DNA of 64,000 bases from contig CM082593.2 of assembly GCA_040954595.2 (NCBI GenBank), forward strand, positions 5,473,434-5,537,433, read 5' to 3'. Origin of the DNA: Balanoglossus misakiensis. Its lineage: Eukaryota > Animalia > Hemichordata. Position numbers and translations under genes: made by a program. Position 1 is the stretch's first letter. Each line of letters begins with the position of its first letter. The notes beneath the pieces are model-generated. The model had not been told where the DNA came from. It saw only the letters and a program-made list of their open reading frames with translations, and made no database searches. Shown in pieces: positions 24,037-39,016 of the stretch.

Positions 24037-24130
24037 TTTACCCTTTCACCACTGTGGTCTAGCCCAAATCCACTGTGTTCTTATGGGAAGGTTGGACCTC
24101 TGAAAAGGGAACTGGGAGTGAAAGGGTTAA
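24037..24130 (-). mobile_element. ~90-bp MITE-like copy
   Basis: TTTACCCTTTCACC ... GTTGGACCTCT ... GAGTGAAAGGGTTAA. Confidence 0.6.
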
Positions 24131-24225
24131 CTTTGACAGTGCACGCAATGGAACAATCATTTTGAGGGCGATACACATCTGTATGTTGCCTCTTCACATT
24201 CATTTGCAGTTTGAGATCAAAGTAC

Positions 24226-24316
24226 ACTCACCTGTTGACAGGCAGATATGAAATCAACAAGCAGACGCCACATGCAAAAAAGAAAAGAAAAAATACAGAA
24301 AATTTAGAAATAAATT
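24226..24316 (-). other. Candidate recursive splice site (acceptor directly abutting a donor, CAG|GTGAGT)
   Basis: The minus strand reads TTTCTAAATTTTCTGTATTTTTTCTTTTCTTTTTTGCATG...CTGCCTGTCAACAG|GTGAGT, with no other AG for about 80 nt upstream. Confidence 0.55.
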
Positions 24317-27300
24317 CTTGTATTGGCTGTAACACTGAAAAGAAAAACTATTATTTCGACAAGCATAACATGAAACACAATATATGGAAGCATCTCCCTC
24401 CCATCTGATCGTCATCTTAATTGTTCTGTGACTATTTCAGCCAATCAGAAAGTCTGTAACGTACAAATGAACCAATAGTATTCTAGCCAATCATCACATC
24501 TGTATCACTCGCGACAAGCCCTTGTTGCCACTTGACTGGTTTCAGTTGTAGCTAGCAACTCAGGGAGCACTGCACGGTTGCAGCCAGTTCATCATAGAAT
24601 ATTAAATTCCATGTCAATAAACTGCGTGACCCGAACAACCAGCATCCCATGATAGACATAAAAATAGCCTTGCAAAGGATGTAGTTTTGTAAATATTTTA
24701 CTATTTGCGATACTATATATTGCAAGCCGACGATTGACGCCAAAGTATTAATTACGTATTAAAACTCTTATCACCAAGGATAGTAATAGACGTTATTTTC
24801 ATCAATATTTCTATAATTATCCGACTTAAAAGAGACTTAGGGTCAACTGAAGGCCAAATGGGTAATGAACCCTGACCTATTATGTGCGTCCGGGCATAAA
24901 GATGTGAGCATATTTCACTGATTTGTTTCAAAAGTAAACTTACAAAGAAATGGAATGTAAACTGCACATCACAGGAGTATTCTGAACTTTGCAGACAACC
25001 TCATGTTTATAAAACTTTTTTTCTGTTATTTTTGGAAGTCAATCACAAAAGATATATCGTTCCGGATGTCTCATCCCGGGTGTTAATCAAGGATGAGGGC
25101 AAGGTGACCATTCGCCCAATGTCAAAAGGCCGTGTTATGTCTTGTTCCAGCTTTCCTTATTACATTTGTCCAGGCAACTTGTATAATACTTCAATTTCAC
25201 AATGCTTAAAAAGTTATGGGTAAAGATCTAAACTCTTATGTGATTTTCCTGCACTCAAAAATCTATCAACTTTTCCACATGCCATAACGGTCTCCATCTT
25301 TTTTTCAAATAAAATTGGATCCATTGGTATACTACGGTACATCAACTTATTCTGGCAAACTTTCACTTTTTGAAAATTTCCACCAAACGAGATGACTATC
25401 CACTCACTAACCATACAGTTTAAAATCACATAATTATTTTCAGAGATCATAGCCATTTTGAAATATCTTTGATCACAATTTTGGTAGAGGGATGTCGAGG
25501 CTACCAGCAACCTTGACCATTCAGTATTAAGTTATACCGTGGGTAATTACGACCTCAGTTCCTGAAGGAAACTTGATGAGTCTCATAGTATTTATTTTGA
25601 CGACCTGCCCATGACCTTAACCATCTTAATTTATTGGTCTTCCCCTCACAGCAAGTATTCCCTTGAATTTCTCAAATTTCATTCTAATAATAATTGTTAA
25701 TTTCCTGATCATAGGTGGTAGCCTTTTAATATGCTGACATGAAATTCCCTGTATGGTAGTATAACTTGAGATTCCCCTTAAAGATACACATGTTCTGTAT
25801 CTATTCCATGTTGATTGAATCTTATGGTTTCTGATCAGAGGTCAACGCCCTGGGTTTATCACCTTTGACCTTGGGAGAAATCTTCACCGGAATTAGTAAG
25901 CCGGTAGGAGCCATGGTATCCGGCATTCAAACTTTTCCAGCACTCGCGAACGAGGTGCTGCATTAATCCTGATTTCAAATTGGGATCAAGAACCAACGTT
26001 ATCAAAACCGAAAAAATATTAAGCAAAAATATGCATATTGGTGACATTATGTCCTTCATCCAACTCTTAAAGCCTCCCACCGATAAAAATTGGTATGAAC
26101 ATGCTAATATCAAGAGTTAGACAACCATTGCCAGTACATCTTGGACTATAATGTTGCATCGTGCAAACTTGAAGAAAAAGAAGGTTGAAAATCCAAAGCA
26201 GTTTTATTTTTTCTGGCAACATTCCAATCATCCTGGAATATTTAGAATTCTACTATGCTGTGGAAAACACTGCTTCTGCAAAATGTCCAAAAATCTAGAT
26301 CATAATTCAACCACAGTCTTTCTTCTAAAAGGACAGAGAATTAGGTCAGTAAACACATGCCACAAAATAGCTGGAATGAAACGGAGATTCCATGGGCACA
26401 GTAAACTCATGAATCTTCTTGCAATAAAGCAGATTTCTGCGCATTTTCTCTCATCGTTCATAATTAATACGTACTGGGTTCTGGACGTGGCATTCTGAAA
26501 ATGCACTGGACTAATAGAGGACTTCCGATCGTTACGTTTAGTGGAAGTTTGATTTACACGTAGCTCGGAAGTAGCTGCTTCTGGATGGGCAATTTTGCAT
26601 TCTTGTCGAGTTGGATTACGAGACGTAGTCTTGGACTCAATCATGTGTGCAGAAGGATGACGTACACACACTTTCATTTCAAGACAAACAACAAAACTTA
26701 GAGATTTGGTACTTCTGTATACGTGCGCTTTTGAACAACAGTTGTACTTCTTGTTTAACGCAACATTTCAAACGTAATATGTGTACATTTGACATTTATT
26801 TTCTAACGAAGCTAGTTATACATCATGGATTTACGACACACCCGTCCTTTGCAATAACCGCAACCATGAAAATCCCGAAAGGACCAAGCACGGCGCAGAC
26901 AATTGTCACTTTACGGCCAGACGGAGCTCAAATCACTGACATTCCGAGACCATCACTGAAGTACTTCCTGAGGATCACAAATTATACTCTTCCATATGGA
27001 GTGAAATACCGGTGTCAAGTCTGAACAGAACCGCTCCAGAAAAAATGCATCATTTGCCATTTAAATTTGTTGAACATGAGTACGAGGAAAGATCCAGTGG
27101 TATATTATGACAGAGAAATTTAGATAAAACTCATCACCTAACTTGTTCCAATTAAGACAGTGGATTACAATTACCAGTCGTTTGAATCCAAACAAATTCT
27201 TTTAATCAGAGTGATGATATCTCTTTCAACGTTTCTTTCGGTGTCTCTTTCAGCCTTTTTTATCGCAGCTACTGTTTACATTCATTAGCACCCTTATCGT

Positions 27301-30300
27301 TGCTGCTTGGCATTTATTACTGCGGCTAATTTGACACTGCGCCACGCATAGCAGTTGCTGGTGCCACATTCTAGGCTGCGGCAGAGAGGAGGTCAAGGTC
27401 AACCAGGCGCCGCTTTGTTTCAGCGGTCTCGTCGAGGACAGTATCATCATTTCTGATACCCTGCTCATAATCGCCGAAATCCTGCAGTGAACTCAAGTAT
27501 TAATCATGACCTCAGTAATCATATTTCCATCGGCTATCACACCAGCGCCAGTTCTCTCTGTCATGATCTCCTTTACTGCGAAAAATTCATTTTTCCAGGC
27601 ATCGTAATCCTCTCGAAAAGCATTCACGATCATCCATCCCATTTCAATCTATTCCAAGAATCTAAGAAAGAAATATGTCACCACATTATCCAAATGCTTC
27701 GACACACACTGACAGAGGCAGACTACAGAGAACAGTAAAATCTGTCCACACCAAACATGGAAAAAACTTTTCGCATACAGAGAGTTCAGTCTACACAGCT
27801 GACATTGCACACGTCTTAATGGTAAGAAATCATGTTCACTGTATACCTGAGTTTCTGATTTATCCAGCGAAAGGATGAAAAACTTGGCCACTAGCAAGAA
27901 ATTAATTTCTCCACGTACTTCCTTATGCCATATATTTTGCCTGTAGCTATATTTAGATCTGAATTTTGGGAACATATTGGGTACACTGTCTGCCAACTCC
28001 CAGTCCAATAATTAACTCAATAAGTCCTGCCCCCAGGCGACAAAGACAACAGAGCGTTGCACGAACAGAGAACTCCTCCAAAAACCCAGGCTAATTTATG
28101 TCGGTTCTGCATGAAATATTTACGTCTTGTGTCTCGGTATATTAGCCAAATCAAGTGAGTTTGTAAAATATGGCTGTGTTTCCCCCTAGTTTAATTGGCG
28201 ATGACAGTCTGCGTTTGATGAACTACAACAGATCAGAAAGTCTCGGCAACTTTTCACTTTCCGATTTTTTTTTATAACTTCATCGCAGGCGGTGACACAA
28301 AACATGTGTTTTTTATTCCAATAGAATTAGGGAGTTATAATGGCTTTTAAACCAAGCAGGGATTGAACAACTCAAAGTGCTCGTTCCTACGCAAACACTG
28401 CTGGCTGGTGCGACCCTATAGAACTTTACAGACACCTTTGCGAAGAAATCATGACGATTATAGAATCAGAAATCGCTGTACGCGGTTATGCGAATGATTT
28501 TACATCAAGCCGAACGCAGAGTTTCAGTCACTCAGTACGTGTACGCACTCACAAACTTGCGTGCACATACGCATCAATCAGCCATATTGGAATTCCGCGT
28601 ACTATATCGCAAGACAGAACATCATAGGTTGCAACAGTAGGTGCATATAGCAATCTACGATTTATACATCTACTGTTCCCGTAACCCCTTGTATACCCAA
28701 TGCACAACCATGGCAGAATTATTACGACTTCTGTAGGTTACAGCGCACACTGATTTCGAAAGTCTGCCAAGAATCAAGCCGGGTTGTTAGTAAGCGCAAA
28801 TGGTGATCGAGGTCCAGTGAGCAGATCGGCAGCTGGCCTGGCCACCCTCCACAGAATTGACAGAGGGGGCATTCTGTCAAAAGTGAAGGCTACAAAATCG
28901 AGAAACAGAACGCAGATTTCTGGCCTAAGGATAAGTACGTTTGACTCCAGCTACTCAATAATTATCACCTGTCAGTACCAATCCCAATAAAGTCCCTCAT
29001 GAATAAATATTAAAATTCATCTGCGGAGTCACTCGAGGAATAAATCATATGAACGTTGACTCCGCTAATAAGCTGTGATTATACTCTGGAAGTAGCGATC
29101 ATCCAAATAGTCATAAATCCATGCGTATTTCAAAAACACAGATGTTTCTATCCGATCGTGACGGATTGTGAATTTGTGCGAAAATGCTGTCAGATGTGGG
29201 AAAGGTGGATATATATCTATTGAGATCATTTTCTTGTGGGTGGGATTTTACCAGAATAAAAATAACTGTACTTTGTGCAAATTAACTTAAAGGGACAATA
29301 GCTGCAACATTTGATGATTATTTCACTATTCTGGTCTGTGCAATAACTGGAGTTTCTTGTGCAAAATATGTATACATGTACAGTGCAATGTTACTATTGA
29401 CATTTGAACTACAGTCTAAAACTAAAAAATTAGGTGCTGGTTGTATGTACATGTACATACCAGTAGGTCGCGATTACAAACCTAATACTGGGCAAGTCAA
29501 CAGCAACGGTAAACTTGATTAAATTTGACCTTGTAATAAAGAGCGAGAAATCTTAAGCCGGATTCGCTTAAATACCTAAACATCCAGAGTTTGCGAAGCA
29601 ATTTTGGTGACAAGTTTACTCAACTTTACAAGGGTTAACATTGACTTTAGCCGACCAAGTCCGGGACATAAGTGGTGTCCAAACACTCCACTGCCCACTC
29701 GATATCAATGAGTTTAGAGACGGCAAACAGTGGAGATCTGCTCTCATGGAGGGAAAAAAGACCCATTGTACGCTGCGTATATGTCTAACAGATTAGACGT
29801 CAGAAACTGAAGGGCTGCTTGGTATACATGTATATGTACTCAGCTCAGATCTGGGTCACGTTGCAGCGTGGTGTTGCGTTTAGTATCGGTGTCAGATGTG
29901 ATCAAGAGGCACTCGAGATAAATCAAGTGGCAACAACTTAGAGGGGGAGGGTGAAGAAGATTGGGAGGAGGGGCCAGGACTATATGTATATTCGTATATA
30001 GCCATACATGCATTGTACCTTTTTTTCTCTTAACTCGCCTGTGGCTGAATGGAACCCACAACTGACTTTACTTTCAGGTCAACATATGCTTCAAACTAAA
30101 CTTAAAACTTGAGAACGATGAATTTTTGCAACAGGCATGTATGGGCCGGCATCACCAGAGATTCAACTCCATACCCACAATGCCACGGGGCACGACACTA
30201 CGGGTCCCTGGATGGAGGAGAGAGTTCACACTGCCTCACACAATGCATCACTGTTCAAAAACCCAAATTCCTAGGGGCTACTCCACAAGACAGACTCACA

Positions 30301-33300
30301 GGAAACGTAGAGCTTGTAATTTGTCAATGTCAAAATCACTTCTGTTGATCCAAACGAAACCATCCCCTGGAAGCACAAACCCAATCAATTATTGATCAGT
30401 TTTGTCGAAACAAGGGGTTAAAACCTGCATGAAGATGCAATTAAGGCAGACTTCTGGGGGTATTAAGGTGTTACTGGTCAAGGTTAATTTGTTACAGAGA
30501 ATAGACAGCCGACATTGACCTTGGAGTGACCTCAGAGACATATTAGCAAGATTGATTTCACAACATCTGCTGTCTGTCTGTAATCAGTCTAAAGGAACAC
30601 CTCCAAAAACCATTCATCACAAACAAGCGATGTTTATATCTAGGATATGGCCTCTTAAGATTCAAAATACTAGATTATACCATACACTTTGGTCTGATAC
30701 AACTAGTTCTTTGTCATGGGGAACTGGTTGGATCAGGAACTAATTTACATATTACCGCCCAGCCACCCAGATGTGTTGAACAAATCACTTTTTGTTGCTT
30801 TTAATTTCGCATGTATTGAAACTTCTATAGTGGACATATTTTGCTTAGGGTAAACATTCCAAGAACAAATACTTTCGACCTTGAAAGAGACAAAACTGCA
30901 AGTAAAGGGGATTAATTTATTATCCTTTTTTCATTCGCCTTTCATTTTGACAGTATATGACATAAAATTTACACATACAACATCTCCAATGTAATGCCAA
31001 ACTTGCTATTTCTCCTTGTATTTTAAGAGTCCCTGCACCTTCAAATCTGGATTCTGTAAACTTTCCCATGAGAAATACAACTTGTGTCATGAAACGGACA
31101 TGATGGGGACATGCCGGTTGCCGTGACGAGCAAGGGCTGCATGTCATCAATTTGTCTACAAGGTTTACAGCACTGGCATAATGGCCCGAAATGGACAAAC
31201 ACAACAGAGCAGATCACGACCTGAATGTTGAAATTACTTTAATGGCGATCATCAGGAAGTATTCAGGAGGTCAGCCTGCAGTGTCAAGCAACTGGCAATG
31301 CCAATGCATGATGGCCTTGCAATCTCAACTCTTCCAGAACTATGACTCAAAAACAGTTATCTTCTCAAAGCTTTTTAACACTACTGTGTTTAATACAACA
31401 GTCAATTCTCCATAAGGCTCTAAAAATATACACCGTTTCATCAGAACCTACCACGCGAACTCTTCGGGCAACTGATACCTGCCAACCACTGTCTCTATAA
31501 ATGAAGCCATTTGCCAAACTACACTAAATTTACAGGACCTCCCGGTCAAAGGACGATGTCTCTGAGACTCTTCAGGTGACCCTGAACTAAAAGTTACAAG
31601 AGAAATCCACAGGGCTGCCATATTTGCCGGATAATTAATCACTTGTTTATTTAGAATAGAATTTTGACATAACATACACTAAGATGACATTGGTTCTCAA
31701 AATAAACATGAAGGCTCCAGCCAACATAGACAAAGGCAAGAAATTTCACTAAAATAGACGGTTAATGTGTTTATTGTTGTATTTCTAGGCATTCTCCGGT
31801 CTCCGCCGAACAAAACGAAGACAGTGCACTCTTCAAAATTTATTTGAAATCTCGTTAATCTTTCCGTCTCCATCACAACGCTAAATTTATCAGGGTTTCT
31901 TTATTTTTGACAAGGAAAACTTGTGTAGCGATGAGCGTTATTCCGTGACTTGTTGGAACTGCTGGACAGAGAAGATCTCCAGTGTTCATCTTCGATTTTC
32001 AATAATAACATTGCTGATTGACTGAATGCTACATAACCACGGTTTCAAAACATTCTGCTTGTGCTACAAAGATAAGCAAAGCAACGGCAAGGACCTGCAG
32101 ATGCCAATAACCGTGACGCACAGACAACCACGATTCTGCACCTCCCGACTGCGCGTGATTACGGTAGCGACAACGCCGAAGTTCAATCACCACCACCAAA
32201 GATTCCTCGCATCCTGGAAGTAAAAAGCCCGCACTACGACGTCTCCTTGGAGACCGCGGTTGGAAACGAAAACAGCCCAATCGCCACACATCATGCCAAA
32301 TACCAAAACACCGAAACAAGCTATACTACCGCCACCTCGATATCAGTCAACTTGACCACTGTTTTCGCATTCCTATGATTTCTAATTACTTCAGATTTCT
32401 CCTTTGTTTACGATCACGCAGAGTGCTATGGAAATTGCGCAGTGCAGTGTTTATCGGATACTTGCTCAGTTACATGGCAATGGTGATGCGAGACTCTTCT
32501 CTATCTGGTTTTTGTACTTGGATGTGATGACACCGGCCAATTTACATTACACCACAGTTTGCGTAACCTCTGACTTCACACTCATTTAAACTTGTGTAAC
32601 TGCTTTCTGATGGTGTACCATGAACCTATGCCCATCCATTTTCCAGAGTTTGCCCGGCCAATAAATACATCTTTGCAATTTTTCGCTACCATTAAAGTCA
32701 AAGCGATGACTTTACGAGACTTGGCTCTGCTATGTCACTCTGACGAAACAATATTTTACACCACAAAGCAAACTTCCGAATACTGCTAATAAACATTTAA
32801 TTATTTATTGCATATTGTCCGCAGACCAAAATCTTGATTAAAGGCTCAAATCCCAAAAAAGATGGAGGGAAAAACCATCATGAATAGATGTTGTGTAAAT
32901 GCACGTAGTCAAAAGAGCAGAGACATAATTATGCAACATGGGTGCACTGCTCACAGCCCAATATGTTTTCAAAAAGACATGAAAATGCCGGTAATGCTGG
33001 ATTAAAAAGCAACAGTTTAGAAAGACGAAAACAGATTTCAAGGGGGGTTGAACTTCTGAGGGCCTTGGTAGACTATTAGGACAGGTATTTGAGTTTCTGG
33101 CTGAGCGAGGGCTAATATTTATCAACAAAGAGAAAGGCAGGTTTCAAAATCTGTGTGCACAGGACACAAAACAGCAATTCCTTAGACTTAGACCACTGTC
33201 AGTCACTCAACCTATGTTTATCATTCTGGACTAAAAACCCAACAGGCTTTTTTCCACAGTGGACAGAGATTTTGACATCATCAATCTAGTGCACATTACA

Positions 33301-36300
33301 GGAGGGAGGAAATGGGATGTCAGTCGCTTGATGACTTCTCGGCATGACTGGCAACTGGACAGAGAAAATCAATGTCGTAAGGTTAATGCGAGAGTCTCGG
33401 AGAACAAAAGCCAGGTCACCTACAACTGCTAAAGACAGACAAAGTGGGCAGTAGGTCCTATTATCCCGGCATGACATAAGGAAGACGGGAATTGAAAAGA
33501 ACGGCATGTGAGCAGTAAAAGCCACACAATGCACAGGCCCCGGGCTCGCCGACCGCCTCGTAGCGGGGCCATCTTGTTAGAGATACACCCCAAAACCATT
33601 TAAGGGGTGCCATTAAAACAGGGGCTGAAATAATTCACTATTGTCTTGCCGGCCATGGGAACCAGTCTCGCTGACCGACAGAGATTTACTGCTGCCCTGT
33701 GTGCAGAGTAATTTGCTCAACATGGTGGAGCCAAATGTCCTCTCCATGTTTTACAGTATCCATTCTCTAAAGACAATCATCGACATGAGGGCTTTTTACA
33801 CCAAAATGGGACATAGGAGGACGCTAATATCTTGTGGGTCAAGTGGACATCCAGCAAAGAATCTTTTCACGGCAACCTTTCTTTTACTTTTTGATTATGT
33901 GCAAAGATCAGAAAGAAAACAAAAGCTGTTTGGCACAGTAAACCATTGTCTTGACCTCGTGAGGTGCTCTTGGGAAACAAGACAAGTTACCTTTCTCTCA
34001 CAAGTTATCAAACTATATAAAATCGAAGTAAAATTCATGCAATGATCAAATTTTCATCTGCTGTGGCCTCGCTGCTGACGTACAAACATCTGTGAAGTCT
34101 AATTACTGTAGTTTCCCTCCACGTCATACACATCAATTTCTGACTAAGTACACCAAATAAAATTCTAATTTTAGGGAAAAAGACAAAAAAATAGGTTGAC
34201 AGTGAAAGATTGGAGTCCACTTTGTTGGAAAGGTCAACCCCAGATTTTATTTTTTAAGTCCGGATCAGGTAAATAGACGTCATTGCAAATTCAGAATAAA
34301 TCAGATTAGGTTGGTGTGAGTTACAAATTGACTGGAGTAGCATAGCGCAATTAATCAGGCATTGACAAAAGAGAACCAAAACAGAAAAGTCAATAATGTT
34401 GAGATGGGCTGGTCACACATGTGGGATCCACATTAGACATCGTACGTCAGCCCTGTGTGCATGGGCGTAGGTTCCAACGCAGTAACCACGGCTACTGCTT
34501 GCTCAGTGTGTGAGGTGATCTCGGGGATCTCTAACTATAGGTTACACAGTGATCTAATATTAGCAACCTAATCCCATGGCACAGTCATTGCCTGCGATCT
34601 CCGCACGGAATCAATTTTCACGCTTTTTGGTCGGTGAAATGAAATATTTCCTGACAGGAGCCAGACTGCAGTTCTCTCGGTTTTTGGAGATCGACTGTCC
34701 CGCCACGGAAATCTTTCCCGTCACAAAGATCATTAGCAACAGGAAAGGGATGTTGCAACAGACACCCAACAGTTGTAACTCCTCAGTCACTGAAGACAGA
34801 ACATATATCCAATTATATTCCAGTATAAACCAACATTGTTCATCATCATCTTCTTCAACTTTCCACCTTCTGGAAGAACCTCAGACAGCTGCAAATGATA
34901 AATATAGACTTCTGGGGAGATTTACACCAGACAAAGATGAGAAAGATGTCTCACAGTTGATCACAAATATACATTCACTCAACTTTACTAAACATTTTAT
35001 GAATTCATAATACAACGATCCTTACCATATATAAACACGTATTACCCCAGAATCACCTCTTTAAATAAACACTATAATTTTTCAAATTTGACGAGCATAT
35101 TCCTGACACCAAGGGTGAAGGATTTTCTATCCGTCCAGACGCGGTAAGACTTTCCTTCCATGAATCAGAAACAAACGGATGCCATCAATTATCTGGTCAC
35201 AGGTTTCCAGGAAGCAAGGATTTTCCAGCAGATAGGGACTGTCTGTGTCCTCGTCTGACATCAATGTGTTCTAAATTTAACCAGACAGCCACGGGGGGAT
35301 TACAAAATGGACATTAGAGAAACATCTTTCAGGTTATGTGAAAAATATTTCACATCTGGAATTTTGTTCACATACTGTAAAACGGGTTATTTTCATCCAT
35401 GAATCTAAAATAACTAAAATAATGTCAAAAGTTTGCAACTTTGCCCCAAGTGGTCACATGTTACCACGGTTACATAGCGCTTGGATGCACAATGCGGTTT
35501 CTCTATCTTATCATGGCGAAGTCTATCACTCGACAACTTTCGCCGAATCTTATCGTCCACTTCACAAGCGATAAGGCTGTCTTCGAGCCTCAGCAACAAA
35601 TCCAAGAGAGACACGCTAACATCCTTTCCGCTGAAGTCTGTCACCATGTGTGGCATCTACCGGGTACGCATCCTTGAGGGCTTTCTCAAGGTTGCGTGTA
35701 CATCCTTGGAGGAGTTCTCAAGGATGCGCTGGTCTGCAAACGGGTGCGACCCTGGTGTGTGCTCATAACCAGTCGCGAACACAGCAGGAAACGGTACGTA
35801 AGGGTACGCTGAGACAGCAAAGAACCAGGGCCAATAACAGCGAGAAACAGTGGAGACAACAAGAGCCCCCCCCCCCCCCCCCCCACACACACACACATGG
35901 CAAACGTTAAATATTTTACTGTCTGTTTGGTTGAAAAATTTCACCAACCATGAAATGAGAAGGACACCCTAATAATCAGACGGTTTATTTACATGGCAGA
36001 CCACGGACTCCAATTAAACTTATCTGACGTCTTTACCCAGGAAATATCGGTTATGTCCATGGGAAGTGATTCCAAATCGTCTGATTGCCCAATAAAAGAC
36101 GAATTGGGTGATCACTCCTTGGTAGGGTACAATTGACCAGATTTTATGAACAGTAAATATATTCAACAATCCTATAAGCTTTTAACTGTTAGCGATTCAC
36201 CAATAACAGTAAAAATTTCATTGTAAATTTTTTTCCAGACACCACAGGTTTACCCTAGGACTTCTCTGACATTTTTATCACTTGCCATTAAACAAAGCAA

Positions 36301-38917
36301 CCTTTTAAAAATTTACTTATAACAAAAATATAAGCAGTTTTTGGGGTTTTTGAATTTCTACAATAATACATAAAACAGGTCTGGTCCATGTAATTAGAAT
36401 TTGATCGAATTGAACGTGACATAATTCATTAGTAACAATCTTTTGATTAAAATGAGAAGAAAAGTTTATACCATTCATTTTGAATTATTCATTCTTTTGA
36501 ATGACATTAATATGGTGGATACCTAAATATTTATCAACTTTACTATGATGGAGACTTCCAAGTTTCTGAAAATCAACAGCCATGCTGCATATTATGCCAG
36601 GCGTAAACCATTATTGGTATCCTCAAAGCCCTTTGACAGGTTTCTCATTTTTCACGGGGGAATCAATCAACGATGACAGTCATCAAATGCAACAACATGA
36701 GCACGGAATTTGCAAACTCTGTCACACATGGTGAACTTGAGAAGAAGTTCCGTGGAGGTCACCGTGTTTGTTTTTGCTGAGATGATGGGCGATCATGTTC
36801 CGGCCACTGTCCCGAGTCACTGTCCTGGCCGGCCAAATTAGATCGCCAGTTCGGGCTTCGATTCTGGAGGTTCCGTGGTCAGTTTCGTTGGTTGTATGAC
36901 AATAGGTCAAAATTCAAGCAAAATGGCAGTCGAGGGAAAACTTGTAGTTGACGATGACTTGTTGCCCTCCGTAGACACCAGACACACATTGGATGGCACG
37001 AAATGCACTATGCGTCCTACAATTACATGTAAGATCCTTGACTCGCGTGTATTCTCTGCCGTCAGAAAACCTGTGCTGTCTAATAATAGACGTGCATCCG
37101 ATAGTCTTGAAACTTGATGCTACAGTGCGCTTCGACGGTTCATTAACAATCTGACCAGTGACAGCAAGCACAGGCAAAGCTCAGTGTAAGCCTAAGTAAA
37201 GTGCAAAGACTAAGCTTAGTAGTATGCTATTGCTAGCACTGTGCTTGCCCAGGGTTAGCTACAGCCAAGTTACCAGCCTGCGGCTAGCACCTGGCCTGTC
37301 TAGGACGTGCTAGCACTTTGTGAAAATTCCAAAGGACAGCCAACTATCACTATGAGTATGATCATCCAACTTTATTCCAACTGCAACCCCATGCATCTGA
37401 CTGCACGTGAACCTAGTCCTAACCAGAATACATCTTAAATCCCCTGCAAAGTAAAACTTTTACATAATTTCTCAACACAGCAAGAGGGATGAAATTTAAC
37501 AACTTTTTGCACCAGAACTAAACAAAGTGTGGCTTGAACTTTTGACAGACTGCCTTCAGAGAATACGGGTCTTCGACTCCGACCCCTGCAACCAAACTGA
37601 GGTGACTTTTGAGTGTGCCCAGATCATCTTGTGTGGGAAGGTTCAGTCCTCAAAAGTGTGTGAACATCAACTTGGACGGATGTACACCCCATTTGTCAAC
37701 CTCTATAATCTAAGCACGGAGGGGGTTGATATATTCCCTCGGGATGGTTAATGTCAAGACCTGCCAATGTCAACGTCACAAAATCTCCAGAGGTCAGGTT
37801 TTAAGATGAAAATAATGACAAAGTAAAATAAATGCCGCGTCAAATGGAATTTACGTTTTTAATGGATGACATGGTTTGAAGTTCAACCAGTGAACCGGGG
37901 AAATGTTGATCTCATAACTGCAGCCACGTCATTTAAAAATCGCTTGCGATTGCCGAGAAATGACACCGATGTGGAATTCTGCTACATAGCGACGTCGGAG
38001 TTGAGCCTCATGACCAAAGACATACATACATGCACCAGATTTATAACACGTTACTAAAGAAAAGTATAGTTTAATGCCAGTGGGATAGTCAAGCTTCAAA
38101 TGTTTTCAACATTTCTACTCCACTAGCGCAGAGTTTATAGACAGATTTTCATCCATCCTCGGCAGTTATTTGCAAACAACCTAAGGAGTCTTCATATAAT
38201 TTGCAACAAGTACCCTCAAGACACAGATATTTATTAATTATAAGTCGTCGAGTCGAGCCACTTTCTTAAAAGTTTGCAGGAAAACTGAGACGATTGGTAA
38301 TTTCATTGAGAGTTAGTAAGCCAGATCTACAGTTAAACAGCAAGCAAACGCTCCACATATATCGACGTCTGAATTACAAAATCCCGAGTTAATGTTCTCA
38401 GAGTATTAAATACATCAGGAATAATTACAGTGGTAACTGTATATGGTTTTAACATGGTGGCTTCCCCACAGTTTAAAATCCACTACAAGGAGGCGATCGC
38501 ATCCTGTGTTGCATTCAGCAAGTCCTTGTGTGGCAAATCCTCTAGCACTCCGTAAGTGCGTATATACTTGCCTTTAAAGTCTGACCACAAAATTGGACGA
38601 GATTCAAACACTGAAATATTATCCTACTGAACTGGTTACTGACAGCATTCCACTGAATCAAAACATGGCGGATGGCAACTTGCCCATTTATAGATATAAT
38701 CACATCACTTGAGACATTATATGCTTTCTTGCCTTTTCTCTTGTTCACTTTGAGGATCTTTCTCTCTCTCTCTCTCTTCCCCATCCCCCCCCCCCTCAGA
38801 CCCTCAGCTATCAGAATTTTAAACAAGTGCCTTTACTCATTATTATATAGAAGAGTGTTGCCATGGTAATTGTTTTATGGTGCAGAATTGTCCATCAATA
38901 GCGTAAGTGACTGGATC

Positions 38918-39016
38918 ACTTTTCCAGGACTTTCCAAAAATTATAATTCACTTTCCCAAGGCTTTCCAGGAATTTCCATAAGTGGTTTCAAGTTCCGGGA
39001 CTTTCCAAGAGTGTAC
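38918..39016. repeat. Fragment with repeated TTTCCAGGAC/GACTTTCC motifs, probably a decayed DNA-transposon end
   Basis: Four or five imperfect TTTCCAGGA-type units; no matching second end found. Confidence 0.35.

Noticed and set aside
35866-35896. Poly-C/(CA)n run and other poly-C or poly-G runs (about 50288, 56785, 59826, 61618)
   Set aside because: Ordinary homopolymers with no associated structure.
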